This document shows, piece after piece, positions 1 to 9,997 of a DNA stretch of 64,000 nucleotides. Within the stretch, counting starts at the first letter, position 1. Each line of letters begins with the position of its first letter. The notes beneath the pieces are model-generated. The model ran no database searches. It had not been told where the DNA came from and saw nothing but the letters and a program-made list of their open reading frames with translations. Source of the DNA: an uncultured Acidimicrobiia bacterium (GTDB lineage Bacteria; Acidobacteriota; Terriglobia; Versatilivoradales; Versatilivoraceae); NCBI GenBank assembly GCA_963786955.1, contig CAWBAT010000008.1, positions 64,001 to 128,000 of the forward strand, read 5' to 3'. The position numbers were made by a program, and so were the translations under genes.

Positions 1-396
1 ATTCCATTGCCAGGCTTGTTCAAAGTTGGTGCCGGCCATCATGTGGCCGCTGATCATGTTGATGGTGGGGCATCCGATGTCCGCAGCCAAGTCCACACAT
101 TTTTTATAATAGTCGACAGTTTCCTTTCGCACCCAATCTTTACAGTAGGAGAAGTTGTAGCGCCGTGCGAGAGCTCCCCCGTTCACGGAGAGCGCAACGA
201 TTTCCAACCCCCGATCCCGGCACTGCTTCTTGATTTCCTTCCGATAGGCTTTGTCCCGGCTCAGGGGATCCAGGTGAGGACTGTCCGCCCAGATGTCAAT
301 GCCTTGATAACCAAACTTTGCGGTGCGCTCGATGGCATCTTCGAGCGTGGCATAATCGAGATAGATCATTGTACAAAGACCCAGTTTTAATGGCAT
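1..396 (-). CDS. Sugar phosphate isomerase/epimerase family TIM-barrel protein (5' part; runs off window edge)
   Basis: Not in the ORF track. Manual translation of the minus strand from ATG 396 after an AAGGAG RBS gives MPLKLGLCTMIY...EDAIERTAKFGYQGIDIWADSPHL...YYKKCVDLAADIGCPTINMISG, typical of xylose-isomerase-like (AP_endonuc_2) proteins. Confidence 0.8.
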   Translation of the reverse strand, partial: MPLKLGLCTMIYLDYATLEDAIERTAKFGYQGIDIWADSPHLDPLSRDKAYRKEIKKQCRDRGLEIVALSVNGGALARRYNFSYCKDWVRKETVDYYKKCVDLAADIGCPTINMISGHMMAGTNFEQAWQWN

Positions 397-450
397 GGCT
401 TCTTCTCCTTTAAATGAATGAAATCTCTAGACAGGGTCATAGCGGACACT

Positions 451-466
451 TGTGACACAGCTCATA
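451..466. promoter_or_regulatory. Possible CRP/FNR-family binding site
   Basis: TGTGA-cacagc-TCATA, one mismatch to TGTGA-N6-TCACA, in a divergent promoter region. Confidence 0.25.
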
Positions 467-503
467 TGTTACTAATACTTGAACGATGTTTTATATATTA
501 ATA

Positions 504-514
504 TTGTCAGACTA
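504..514. promoter_or_regulatory. Possible GntR/FadR-family operator
   Basis: TTGTCAGACTA fits the FadR-subfamily TNGT-N3-ACNA pattern; related site at 2651. Confidence 0.3.
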
Positions 515-634
515 CATTCCGGACACGAGGAAGGGTGAAATGGAACGAATGTGGAAGCGAGGGCACTGCATGAAATCGAAACACTCCTCACGAGAGTCGT
601 CAATAGATTTTCATTCGCCGATCGAAGGTTAGAT

Positions 635-1363
635 ATGGAAGACTCACCAATCCTTCTCCCAACCCTTGTGACCATCCCAGCAGGAGAGTTCCAAATGGGT
701 TGTGAGCAGGGGCGAGATGATGAGAAGCCTGTCCATACAGTGTGGGTTGACTGTTTCGTGATCGGGGTCTATACCGTAACCAATGAGGAATACCTGCAAT
801 TTGTTCACGATACCAAGAGAGAAATTCCGTCAGTGTTTGCTGAAGAGCGATTTTCCCATCCTCGACAACCGGTTGTCGCTGTGAGTTGGTTTGAAGCGAT
901 GGATTACTGTCAATGGCTGTCCTCAAAGACTGGTGCAGCAGTTCGTCTCCCCACAGAGGCAGAATGGGAGCGGGCAGTGCGTTGCGGACAGGACCGAATG
1001 CTCTACTCCTGGGGAAATGAGGATCCGGACCGCTTTGAGATTTATCGGACTGGCTGGCAAGACGAAAGGCCCCAGCCGGTGGGTTTATTCAGTCCTAATG
1101 CGTTAGGTATTCATAACCTTGGGGACAATGTGCATGAATGGTGTTTAGACTGGTACGATCCAAAGTATTATGAGCGATCACCCCGTCTCAATCCCCTAAA
1201 TGTGGAGCCGAGTGCGCGTCGTGCCTCCCGCGGCGGCTCCTGGCGACATCGGATCAAAGTTAGCCGCTGCGCTGCGCGGAGTAGTCTGGATCCCAGTTTC
1301 AAATATACCGATTATGGATTTCGAATTGTAACGACGTCTCTGTCGCCATCCACAATTCCTTGA
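635..1363 (+). CDS. FGE-sulfatase (SUMF1/EgtB/PvdO) domain protein
   Basis: IPAGEFQMG, EKPVHTV, PVVAVSWFEAMDYCQWL, RLPTEAEWE, GDNVHEWC and RGGSW motifs. ATG 635 preferred over GTG 551. Confidence 0.9.
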   Translation: MEDSPILLPTLVTIPAGEFQMGCEQGRDDEKPVHTVWVDCFVIGVYTVTNEEYLQFVHDTKREIPSVFAEERFSHPRQPVVAVSWFEAMDYCQWLSSKTGAAVRLPTEAEWERAVRCGQDRMLYSWGNEDPDRFEIYRTGWQDERPQPVGLFSPNALGIHNLGDNVHEWCLDWYDPKYYERSPRLNPLNVEPSARRASRGGSWRHRIKVSRCAARSSLDPSFKYTDYGFRIVTTSLSPSTIP

Positions 1364-1415
1364 GGTAAATCCAAGTTCATCCCGTGATTTTTACTTTGAA
1401 TTTTCTTCCCGACTC

Positions 1416-2531
1416 TTACAGCGACAAAGCTGCCTGCAGCAGCGCCCGAGTATAGCCTACATTGTAAGCATACCCAGCGTACCCGCCTCCCCCTGGATAG
1501 TAGGACCTGAAGTTGGGTTGCTCGCGGTCATAGTCAATCGCGCGTGGATGCTCAGGATAGACGAGCCGTGGGTACTTCTGGCGCACCAGTTCCTGCATTA
1601 CGGCAAACATATTGACTTCACCATTGTCCAAAAAAACCTCCGTATACTTCTCGTTTGCCACTCGCACGCGCACGTTCCGGAAATGCACGTGGTTAATGCG
1701 ATCTCGACTGCCGAAGTAGCGGCAGACCTCGACCGGGTCCGCGCCCAACTCCTTTGTCACTCCACAATCAAATGTGATCCCATTGGATTTACTCGGGACG
1801 ATGGCGATGAGCTTCTTCCAACCTTCGAGGCTTCCCATAATTTGTTGCGATCCGCGGCTGAGAGGCGCAGGGGGATCATTGGGGTGTAAGGCCATGCGCA
1901 CCCCCGATTTCTCGGCCACAGGAATGATCGCTTCAAGAAAATAAGTGATATTTTTCCACATTTCGTCCAGGTTGTGGGTGCCTTCTTCGGGGAGAGGAGG
2001 CAGATCCTTCATCCGGTCATAGTCGAATGCCGTATAACCGGCCCCTGCCCTTCCAGTTTCCTCGTAGTATCCCTCCATGGCGCGGTGTGCATAGAAGTTG
2101 TACTCGATAACCGGCAGGCCAGCCCGGCCGGCTGCTTGGATGGATTGAATCACCTTTTCGATCTCTTCGTCACGGCCGGTCTTTCCATAAATCGTATTTG
2201 GAAAACCAGAAATCATCAGGTTGCCCAGGCTGAGACCGCCGGCTTTGAAGCTATCCATGGTGGATCGAATCTCGCTCTCCTGCCAGGGAATGCCCGGTCC
2301 CCACTTGAGCACGTGGTCTACCCCGAGTTGTTTTACCCTGCGCATTCCAGCCTCATTGAGATTGCCAGTCGCAAGGAGAGCCGACCCCGTTTCCAGACAG
2401 ATTTTAGGAGTGTCACTTCTTTCGGAATATTTTTCCGAATCGTTGTCTCCGGATGCTGATGCCGTCAATGGAAATAACGCCAGCGACCCCATTGCCTTTA
2501 TCATCTCTCTTCGCTGAAACCAGGACTTCAT
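1416..2531 (-). CDS. uxuA: Mannonate dehydratase (UxuA)-like protein with Tat-like signal
   Basis: IEYNFY, MALHPNDPP, GITFDCG, HVHFRNV and YPEH motifs; N-terminal QRREMIK plus a hydrophobic stretch. Confidence 0.75.
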   Translation of the reverse strand: MKSWFQRREMIKAMGSLALFPLTASASGDNDSEKYSERSDTPKICLETGSALLATGNLNEAGMRRVKQLGVDHVLKWGPGIPWQESEIRSTMDSFKAGGLSLGNLMISGFPNTIYGKTGRDEEIEKVIQSIQAAGRAGLPVIEYNFYAHRAMEGYYEETGRAGAGYTAFDYDRMKDLPPLPEEGTHNLDEMWKNITYFLEAIIPVAEKSGVRMALHPNDPPAPLSRGSQQIMGSLEGWKKLIAIVPSKSNGITFDCGVTKELGADPVEVCRYFGSRDRINHVHFRNVRVRVANEKYTEVFLDNGEVNMFAVMQELVRQKYPRLVYPEHPRAIDYDREQPNFRSYYPGGGGYAGYAYNVGYTRALLQAALSL

Positions 2532-2650
2532 AGGTTATTCCTCCTGTAAAGATCCTCAACTTGGATTTTGCTCTCATGGAACTAATTCGGCAGGCGCCGG
2601 AAAAGTGTTTTTATGTGGGTGTAGGAAGCCAAGCTGAGAGAGAATAATCC

Positions 2651-2665
2651 AGTTATCAGACAACT
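2651..2665. promoter_or_regulatory. Possible GntR/FadR-family operator upstream of uxuA
   Basis: Near-perfect palindrome AGTTATC-A-GACAACT. Confidence 0.35.
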
Positions 2666-2799
2666 TAAAGAGCTGATAGCATGACCGAGTTAGGAATTAA
2701 TGGTCAAGAGTTTAGTCCCATCGGTGAATAACAGGGAGCTGCAGGGTCTGCCGTTGTTTCCGTCATGAATTCTCTAATTCGTCATGAACGTGTGTCTTA

Positions 2800-4800
2800 A
2801 TGGGTTGGATTGAAATGAAGAAAGATCATAGTTGGGGAGGGGGAATAATTTGGAACCCTACCCCTCAATATGTTGAGCGAAGCCACCTGAAACGATTCAT
2901 GAGCCTTCATCATATCGAATCATTTGCGAAACTCCACGCACGATCCATTGAGGACATTGCTTGGTTTACCGATTCAGTCATCCGATATCTTGATATCCAG
3001 TTTCAATCTCCCTATCGTCAAGTCCTGAGCCTGAATCGGGGGATCGAATTTCCAGACTGGTGCGTCGGAGGAAAGCTGAATATTGTCGAGAACTGCGTTG
3101 ACAAATGGATTGCAAAACCTGATTCACGAAACCGCCCAGCCATTATTTGGGAGGGTGAAGAGGGTCAAATAAGCCAGCTTACTTATGGCGAATTATTCAA
3201 AGTTGTCAATCAGTGTGCCAACGCGCTGCGTGAACTGGAACTGAGGAAAGGGGATTTTATCGGCCTCTACATGCCGATGACCCTTGAAGCCTGCATTGCA
3301 TTATTGGCCTGCGCAAAGATTGGGGCCGTTTGCCTGCCTCTCTTTTCCGGCTATGGTGCCGGAGCATTGGTCTCGCGCCTGGGGCACGCAAAGATAAAAG
3401 CATTATTCACGGCGGATGGTTTTTACCGCCGCGGCCGAGTGACTCCGATGAAATCCGTTGCCGATCAGGCAGCTGAAGAACTTCCTACGTTGAAGCATCT
3501 TATCGTCTTGAAACGCACCGGAATCGACGTGGATTGGAGGCAGGGAAGGGATCACTGGTGGCACGAGCTTATACCCTCTCAGCGCGAGAACACATTGCCG
3601 GCTCAAACGGATGCCGAAGATATGCTGATGCTCCTTTATACTTCGGGAACTACGGGAAGGCCCAAGGGAGCGGTGCATACGCACTGTAGCTTTCCAATAA
3701 AAGCCGCGCAGGATATGGCTTTTGGCACAGATGTTCAGCCGGGGGACGTCATTCATTGGTACTCCGATATGGGTTGGATGATGGGACCATGGTTAGTTTT
3801 TGGTGCGACGATTCTTGGAGCGACCTGTTTCATCTATGATGGCGCATTGGATTATCCGGGGCCCGACCGCTTGTGGTCATTGGTGGAGCGACACAAGATC
3901 AGCGTTTTGGGAATATCTCCTACTCTCATACGGTCCTTGATTCCTCATGGCGTCGAACCGGTCAGAGCGCACAACCTCTCTTCTATTCATTTGTTTGCCT
4001 CTACGGGAGAACCTTGGAATCACGATCCCTGGTTGTGGCTGTTCGAGACAGTGGGTAAAGGGCAACGTCCGATTATCAATTACTCGGGTGGAACAGAGGT
4101 CGGTGGAGGAATTCTAATGGGGAATCCGCTTCTTCCCTTGAAGCCCACGGCCTTCTCAGCTCCGTGCCCGGGGATAGCCGCCGATGTGGTCGATTCTCAA
4201 GGAATGCCTGTTCGCGGCGAGGTTGGGGAATTGGTCGTTCGAACGCCCTGGATCGGAATGACGCGAGGGTTCTGGCAGGACGAACAACGTTACCTTGAAA
4301 CCTACTGGTCACAGATCAAAGATGTCTGGGTCCATGGTGATTTGGCGGCAGTAGACTCCGACGGAATGTGGTACATCCTGGGCCGCTCGGATGACACGCT
4401 TAAGATTGCCGGCCGAAGGGTAGGACCCGCTGAAGTGGAGTCAGTTCTGGTGGACCACTCAGCAGTCAGTGAAGCGGCCGCAATTGGGGTTCCTCATCTT
4501 GTTAAGGGGAGCGAAATTGTTTGCTTCTGCGTGCTGGCGCCTGGGTTTAGGGCTTCCGATAACTTGAGTCTCGAACTCCGAGAGAAGGTGGCTCGGGAGC
4601 TTGGCAAGCCAATGCAGCCCAGCCGGGTTCATTTCGTGCCGGATCTCCCGAAAACGCGCAACTCCAAAGTGATGCGCCGCATGATTCGCAGTGCCTACGT
4701 CGGTGAAGAGGAGGGAGATACTTCCAGTCTCGTCAACCCCGAGGCCATTGAGCCGATCCGTCAACTCAAGCAAAAGGATGGGAACTTCTTACAAGATTGA
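2800..4800 (+). CDS. Acetate/acyl-CoA ligase (AMP-forming synthetase)
   Basis: YTSGTTGRPKG, SDMGWMMG, STGEPW, SGGTE, GRSDD and LPKTRNSKVMRR motifs. Confidence 0.9.
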   Translation: MGWIEMKKDHSWGGGIIWNPTPQYVERSHLKRFMSLHHIESFAKLHARSIEDIAWFTDSVIRYLDIQFQSPYRQVLSLNRGIEFPDWCVGGKLNIVENCVDKWIAKPDSRNRPAIIWEGEEGQISQLTYGELFKVVNQCANALRELELRKGDFIGLYMPMTLEACIALLACAKIGAVCLPLFSGYGAGALVSRLGHAKIKALFTADGFYRRGRVTPMKSVADQAAEELPTLKHLIVLKRTGIDVDWRQGRDHWWHELIPSQRENTLPAQTDAEDMLMLLYTSGTTGRPKGAVHTHCSFPIKAAQDMAFGTDVQPGDVIHWYSDMGWMMGPWLVFGATILGATCFIYDGALDYPGPDRLWSLVERHKISVLGISPTLIRSLIPHGVEPVRAHNLSSIHLFASTGEPWNHDPWLWLFETVGKGQRPIINYSGGTEVGGGILMGNPLLPLKPTAFSAPCPGIAADVVDSQGMPVRGEVGELVVRTPWIGMTRGFWQDEQRYLETYWSQIKDVWVHGDLAAVDSDGMWYILGRSDDTLKIAGRRVGPAEVESVLVDHSAVSEAAAIGVPHLVKGSEIVCFCVLAPGFRASDNLSLELREKVARELGKPMQPSRVHFVPDLPKTRNSKVMRRMIRSAYVGEEEGDTSSLVNPEAIEPIRQLKQKDGNFLQD

Positions 4801-4951
4801 AAACCGTGAATCCTTCAGGAATTTCCGCAAAAGCAGCTACTGCGGCGGACCGGAATTGGATAACCAATGAACTCTTGATTTCGTCAGGCCGTTCAGACGG
4901 GCTTCGTTCCGTGCCAGGCTTTCTGCCCCAGCGCACAGATATGGAGGAATC

Positions 4952-5410
4952 ATGACTTTCATACCCGCCACGATTACACTGACCGGCCAAATAAGGCTTA
5001 CTGCGCCGATTGCTCGGGTCTTCCCGCTTTTCTCGCCACTTGGCGAAAAGTTGTGGGTTCCAGATTGGAATCCGGAACTCCTCTACCCTCCAAACATTGA
5101 TTGGGCAGAGGGCCAGCTATTTCGAACGCGAGAGGGATTGGGCAGTACTATCTGGGTTGTCTCGGAGCTTGATCTCAAGGCATCTCATGTCGTCTATCAT
5201 CGTGTTGAGGCTGAACGCTACGTTGCCCAAATTGGGGTTCGGTGCTACCAAGTAAGCGCCGATGTTACAGAGGTTAATATCATTTACCGCTTTGTCGGTT
5301 TAACTGAAAGAGGCAATCAAGGGATTAACGCCATGTCTCAGCGAACTTTTGAAGAGAAAATGGAGCGTTGGACCGGATGGCTAAACGAGTATCTGCAGCA
5401 CTCTCGGTAA
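4952..5410 (+). CDS. SRPBCC/START-like hypothetical protein
   Basis: GGAGG RBS; LTAPIARVFPLFSP-GEKLWVPDW N-terminus and amphipathic C-terminal helix. Confidence 0.6.
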   Translation: MTFIPATITLTGQIRLTAPIARVFPLFSPLGEKLWVPDWNPELLYPPNIDWAEGQLFRTREGLGSTIWVVSELDLKASHVVYHRVEAERYVAQIGVRCYQVSADVTEVNIIYRFVGLTERGNQGINAMSQRTFEEKMERWTGWLNEYLQHSR

Positions 5411-5583
5411 AATGAACACCTATTCGAAGATCTACCGTTTATTACCTTTATGACGCAGAAAATGAAAATGGCAACGAGACCAACGACACCCTTCTTGGAC
5501 GAAGACAGAATGAAAGAATCTCCCTCCATGGACAAGGACAAATAAAGAAATGTGCCTTTGGGGAAAAGGGGATAATGAAAAAA

Positions 5584-5619
5584 TGTCCCCCCTTGCACAA
5601 GGGGGGACTTCAGGGGGGG
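5584..5619. repeat. REP-like palindromic repeat (family C)
   Basis: TGTCCCCCCTTGCACAAGGGGGGACTTCAGGGGGG, near-identical copy at 56572-56606. Confidence 0.75.
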
Positions 5620-5703
5620 CGGAATTACTCGCCAACAACGTTTAATGCGTCTGCATTTGTAGCCATAATCTTATAAATTGCGCTTGAACATGAGGACCCT
5701 GGA

Positions 5704-7822
5704 ATGGATTTATTTAAAAGGTTAACACGGCGTGAGGCCGTCAAGAAAGTCGGGACGATTCCCCTCATCGCACTCTTGACCCCTCCCGTTGCAAGCGGCC
5801 AATTGCCCGGAATCACCGTCACAGAAAAGATACCCCAAACGCGTTCAAGAATTTCATTGAATCCCACCACCATTGTCGTTGCCCCGGATGAACCCTCTTT
5901 CGTTCTCCATGCTGTGAAGGACCTAGCGGAGTACCTGGGTGAATATTCTCCCTCTCCCATTCCGGTCAAATCGAAATTAGCTCGCGAAGCAAATGTGACC
6001 ATTGCAGTAGGGCGAACGGTGATGCACGAGATACTTCCTGGTATCTCCGGGATGGAAGAATTGGGTGACGAAGGATTCCGAATCATGTCCGTTTTGGCCG
6101 GCGGGAAAGTCTATGTGATCGTGAGCGGATTGACTTCCAGAGGCACAAACTGCGGGCTTGCAACATTGATGCAACGGATCCGATTCGAGGAGAATTCTCC
6201 TTACCTAGAAGGACCGTTAGAGATTAGCAGCAAGCCCAAGTTTGACTTGCGGGGAATCCACTTAAATGGATGGCCCCTCAAAAATCCCTACTCATTTCGC
6301 ACTTGGCAAGAAAAGGACTGGCAACGTTTTATCGACTTAACCTGGCTTCAGAAAGGGAACCTCTTTTTTCTATGGCCTTTCATGGAGATTATGCCAGTTC
6401 CCCTTTCTCCAGTGGATGAATCGTATCTCCAAGAGGTCCGCCGGGTGGTCGAATATGCCCAGAAGCAACGCGGAATGGAAGTCTGGATCATGCATAGCGC
6501 GAATCGAATTGCCACATCGGATTGCGGTGTTCATGACCCCAAAACTCGACCCTACTGGGTCGACGAATGCCAAAAGGATATGAATCCGGCCGATCCCATA
6601 CAGGTAGAAAAGATCATGGGGTCGTTGGAAGTGTTCTATCGGACCGTGAACAACGCGGATGGCTACTGCATGATCGATTCCGACCCGGGAGGCTGGCCAC
6701 AAAGCCCGATTAGTGAGCAGGTCAAGATCTTCCAGCGAGCCAGAGCTCTCCTGGATCGGTATCACGTCAACGGAAATAAGGCCACGCTCATCGATTGGAT
6801 GTGGGTGGGGTGGGGGAGACATAAATTCTTCAGCCCATCAAAGACCGTGGTCTCCCAATATGATTGGACCAGCCAAAACCCGGACGCGAGCGACCTGGCC
6901 TTCATGGGAGGACACGATCCGCAACTTCAAACAAAACCTGGCGGAACCATGGAGCCTCATTGCCGGATTTTCACCTTACCTGGATACCTGCCGAAAGGAA
7001 GGCGTATTGGAGAAAACTGTTTTCCTCCCTTACGGCGTCATCGAAGTTGAGCCGGCGTTCCCCTCAACCAGAGTTAGTTTGAATTCCATTCGGAGTGTGT
7101 TTGATTTCGTTCAAGACCTCTCAGAGCTCCGCGGTGTCATGGGGAATAATCAAACCCCAATTTTGCAGCTTCCGCGCACGTTCTTTTTCTTGGCTGCTGC
7201 CTGGGAACTGGACTATAAGAATCGGAGCGAGCGCGAGGTGCTTCATGATCTCTCCGAGCAGCTCTACCCTCAAAATTCAAATTTCATTGCGGAGTGTTTC
7301 CTTGCGCTGGAAGACAACAATTCGAACAAGATTGATGACCTCCTCGGTCGTCTTCAAACTCTCCTCACTCAGGGCAAAATAGGACGGCCCGGAGCCTTGG
7401 GGCGAAAGCTCTTCCCCGATCCCAACGTCGTGGCAAAGAGCCTTGTCTTTCAGTTAAAGATTCGTGCCGCCCGGGAACTATTCCTCCAGGCTCTGACCGG
7501 GGAACCCACTCGAAGTATGTGTGAGGTTTTGATAGTGGAATACTTGGGCGCACTCCTGTCGTGGAGCCAAGAGACGGGGTGGGAAGGGATCGTGATCATT
7601 GGAACCTGGCGCGGCACGATGTATCAGTCCGACAAGAGGTTCACAGAAGCTTTGTCGATTTTGAAACGAATCCTGGGTGAAGGTTCAAGCACAACTCATT
7701 ACGCCGCGATTGCTTCATTCTTTGACTCCATTAGCAGGAGGCTGCGCGAAAAGTATGGTGAAGACGAGGTGATGATGAGTTGTGTGGAACCCTTAAAATT
7801 GGCGGTGATTCAGGCCCCTTAG
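5704..7822 (+). pseudogene. Frameshifted Tat-exported glycoside hydrolase-like protein (GH20b/GH67-N-like domain plus catalytic barrel)
   Basis: ORFs 5704-7050 and 6713-7822 join if one G is removed from GGG at 6906-6908 (...LAFM-EDTIRNFKQNL...). TRREAVKK Tat-like motif; LGDEGFRI...GLTSRGTNCG and PKFDLRGIHL motifs. Confidence 0.6.
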
Positions 7823-8059
7823 TCAGGTAGCAGACAGGTGGAGCGGGCGCTCCGGCGCACGCTCACTAACACGGGTGGAGTGGACGCTAGCACTAATTTG
7901 TCAGCTTCTTGCTTTCCTGTTTAGCCCCATTGGCATAGACAGGTTTGCCGGATCTCAGGCGCATACTGTGGTCGTGCGAAGCATCGAATGCTTTGTACGA
8001 GCAGAGAACCCCGGCACACGATCCTTTAGCAAACTTTTCAACGAGTTCATTGACGGCTC

Positions 8060-8998
8060 ATGATCTCTTTGCTCTTATTTTTCGTAACATTGGCGCCCCA
8101 GTTTAGGACTCTAGAAGGGTATGTGTTTGGGGAAAGAGACGGGGGGCCGCCGCTGAGGCGTTTGACGGTGGAGTTGATCGATCAGGAGCGGGCTAAGTAC
8201 CGCGAGACAACGGAAGCGGACGGTTCTTTCGTGTTCAACAAGGTGCAGGAAGGGCACTACACGTTCCGGGTTCGATTCAGCGACTTCATTATTGTGGAGG
8301 AGGTCGTCACCGTGACTAGCACAGGGAAGAACTTCGCTGCGGTGATGTTGCCCAAGCGGTGGGCTGGAACCCGGACTTTTAGGTCTGTGACCGCGGATCA
8401 ACTTGCGGTGCAGTCAAACCGCGATTTACAAGAAAAACTGACAAAAGCTGTTAAGTTGACGAATCAACGAGATTTCGCTGGAGCGATCCGGTTGTACGAA
8501 CAAGCCGCAGAGACCGCTGGGCAGGCCGACCTCTGGGATGGGCTAGGACTGCTCTATCTTCGTGTGGGGAGAAAGGACGATGCGTTCCACGCCTTCGAAA
8601 AAGCCATCGAGCGGGATCCCGACTACCTGCTCTCTTACGCGCATGTAGGCGCCATCTACCTGAAGGAGCAACGGTACAAGGAACTGCTGGCGGTCGCCAA
8701 GCGCGCCTTGTTAATCGACCCAAAGTGGTTGACGGGACATGCCTTCTTGGGAGAGGCACTGCTAAGAACAGGGGATCTGGAAGGAGCCCTGCAGGCTGCC
8801 GAAACAGCCTCTCAACTGGCACGAGGAAGGGCGCCAGCACCCTATTTGCTCTTGGCGAAGGTTCGATGGGCTCGGCGGGATTGCGCTGGCGCGCGACAAG
8901 ACATGAAACGCTATCTCGAACTGAATACGTCGGTGCGGGAACTTCCTGAGACCGTGAAGTCTCTTGAGATGCTGCGGGCATGCGGGCCTGTGCAATAA
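8060..8998 (+). CDS. Secreted TPR protein with carboxypeptidase regulatory-like N-terminal domain
   Basis: Signal peptide, TEADGSFVFNKVQEGHYTFRV beta-sandwich, several TPR helices. Confidence 0.8.
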   Translation: MISLLLFFVTLAPQFRTLEGYVFGERDGGPPLRRLTVELIDQERAKYRETTEADGSFVFNKVQEGHYTFRVRFSDFIIVEEVVTVTSTGKNFAAVMLPKRWAGTRTFRSVTADQLAVQSNRDLQEKLTKAVKLTNQRDFAGAIRLYEQAAETAGQADLWDGLGLLYLRVGRKDDAFHAFEKAIERDPDYLLSYAHVGAIYLKEQRYKELLAVAKRALLIDPKWLTGHAFLGEALLRTGDLEGALQAAETASQLARGRAPAPYLLLAKVRWARRDCAGARQDMKRYLELNTSVRELPETVKSLEMLRACGPVQ

Positions 8999-9004
8999 AT
9001 GAAG

Positions 9005-9036
9005 GGACCCACGACCCGTTTGAGAGTCGTGGGTCC
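9005..9036 (-). terminator. Intrinsic terminator between convergent genes
   Basis: 11-bp perfect stem GGACCCACGAC/GTCGTGGGTCC with a T-rich tail on the minus strand. Confidence 0.7.
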
Positions 9037-9043
9037 AAGTGGT

Positions 9044-9460
9044 TTACTTGGCTGCAATGTAGGTCAGTTTAGGCACTCCATAATTTCTTGCAACTTGAGT
9101 TTCTTTACTAGACTTTGGCACCTCAAGCACCATCGTTCCTCCCGTCCAGACCTCCGCCAGGAAATAAAGATCCCCATAACGACGAAAAACGAACTTTGGC
9201 GTCACCTCTTTAGACTTTTCATTTGCTACGGCCAAAAGAGGGGCGGATTCAAGGTTCTCGATGCCGCGAATGATGAGTACCATTGGAAGGTTAGGGTTGC
9301 GTGCAACCCCGTAGGATCCCGCTGGGAGCGTTTTGCCGACCACAGTGAATTCAAATGGGATGTCACCTCGGAGTATTGTTGTGGTTTGGGCATAGGCAAC
9401 CCCTGCAGCCAGCATGCCCAGCACGAGAGCTGGGAATAGTAAGACGGTTAGTTTTTTCAT
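9044..9460 (-). CDS. Small secreted beta-rich hypothetical protein (Acidobacteria-type IPFEF family)
   Basis: GGAGG RBS, signal peptide ending AYA-Q, DIPFEFTVVGKTLPAGSY...KFVFRRYGDLYFLAEVW. Confidence 0.8.
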   Translation of the reverse strand: MKKLTVLLFPALVLGMLAAGVAYAQTTTILRGDIPFEFTVVGKTLPAGSYGVARNPNLPMVLIIRGIENLESAPLLAVANEKSKEVTPKFVFRRYGDLYFLAEVWTGGTMVLEVPKSSKETQVARNYGVPKLTYIAAK

Positions 9461-9997
9461 GGTAGCCTCCTTTCCTTTTTGTGAACGGATAGTATAAATT
9501 TACCGGCCTTCCGGCTTCATCTAGCAGAGTGAAGTCTCCCTAACCCGCCCCGTCTGGCCTCCTTTTCCTTCGCAGGGAGCGGATTTAACTTCTATATAAG
9601 AATGCGTAGAAGAATCTAAAAAACTGGCAAGTCGTGAAAATATTTTTGACGGGGAATATGACATCTGCCCGCTTTGACATGGAAAGATAGGGCAGTCATT
9701 GAGTTAGGCCAGTCTTCTCGAAACGTCTGTTTTTGTCGTGTATCCGGTGAACGCATGTTGCTGCCCAATGGACCTGCCATTAACTGAGGAGATTGCGTAG
9801 AGGGGGGTAACTTTTTTATTTTTGGTTGATTTTTGTGGTTGCATGTGTTTGCTAGCGGGAATAGACTAAATTAAATATGGGTAGCACCTGAAGCAGGTCT
9901 CCCAGGTTTCATTTCATTCCGCAAGCATTCCACTCACTTCAGGTTTTTGAAGATCTACACCTATACCCCAGGGCTTCTTCCTTCTAAGGGAGGCTCC

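Noticed and set aside
7-390. 127-aa plus-strand ORF
   Set aside because: Antisense shadow of the real minus-strand isomerase gene.
5412-5545. Short ORF MNTYSKIYRF...
   Set aside because: No clear RBS, no recognisable motif, and it lies just upstream of a repeat region.
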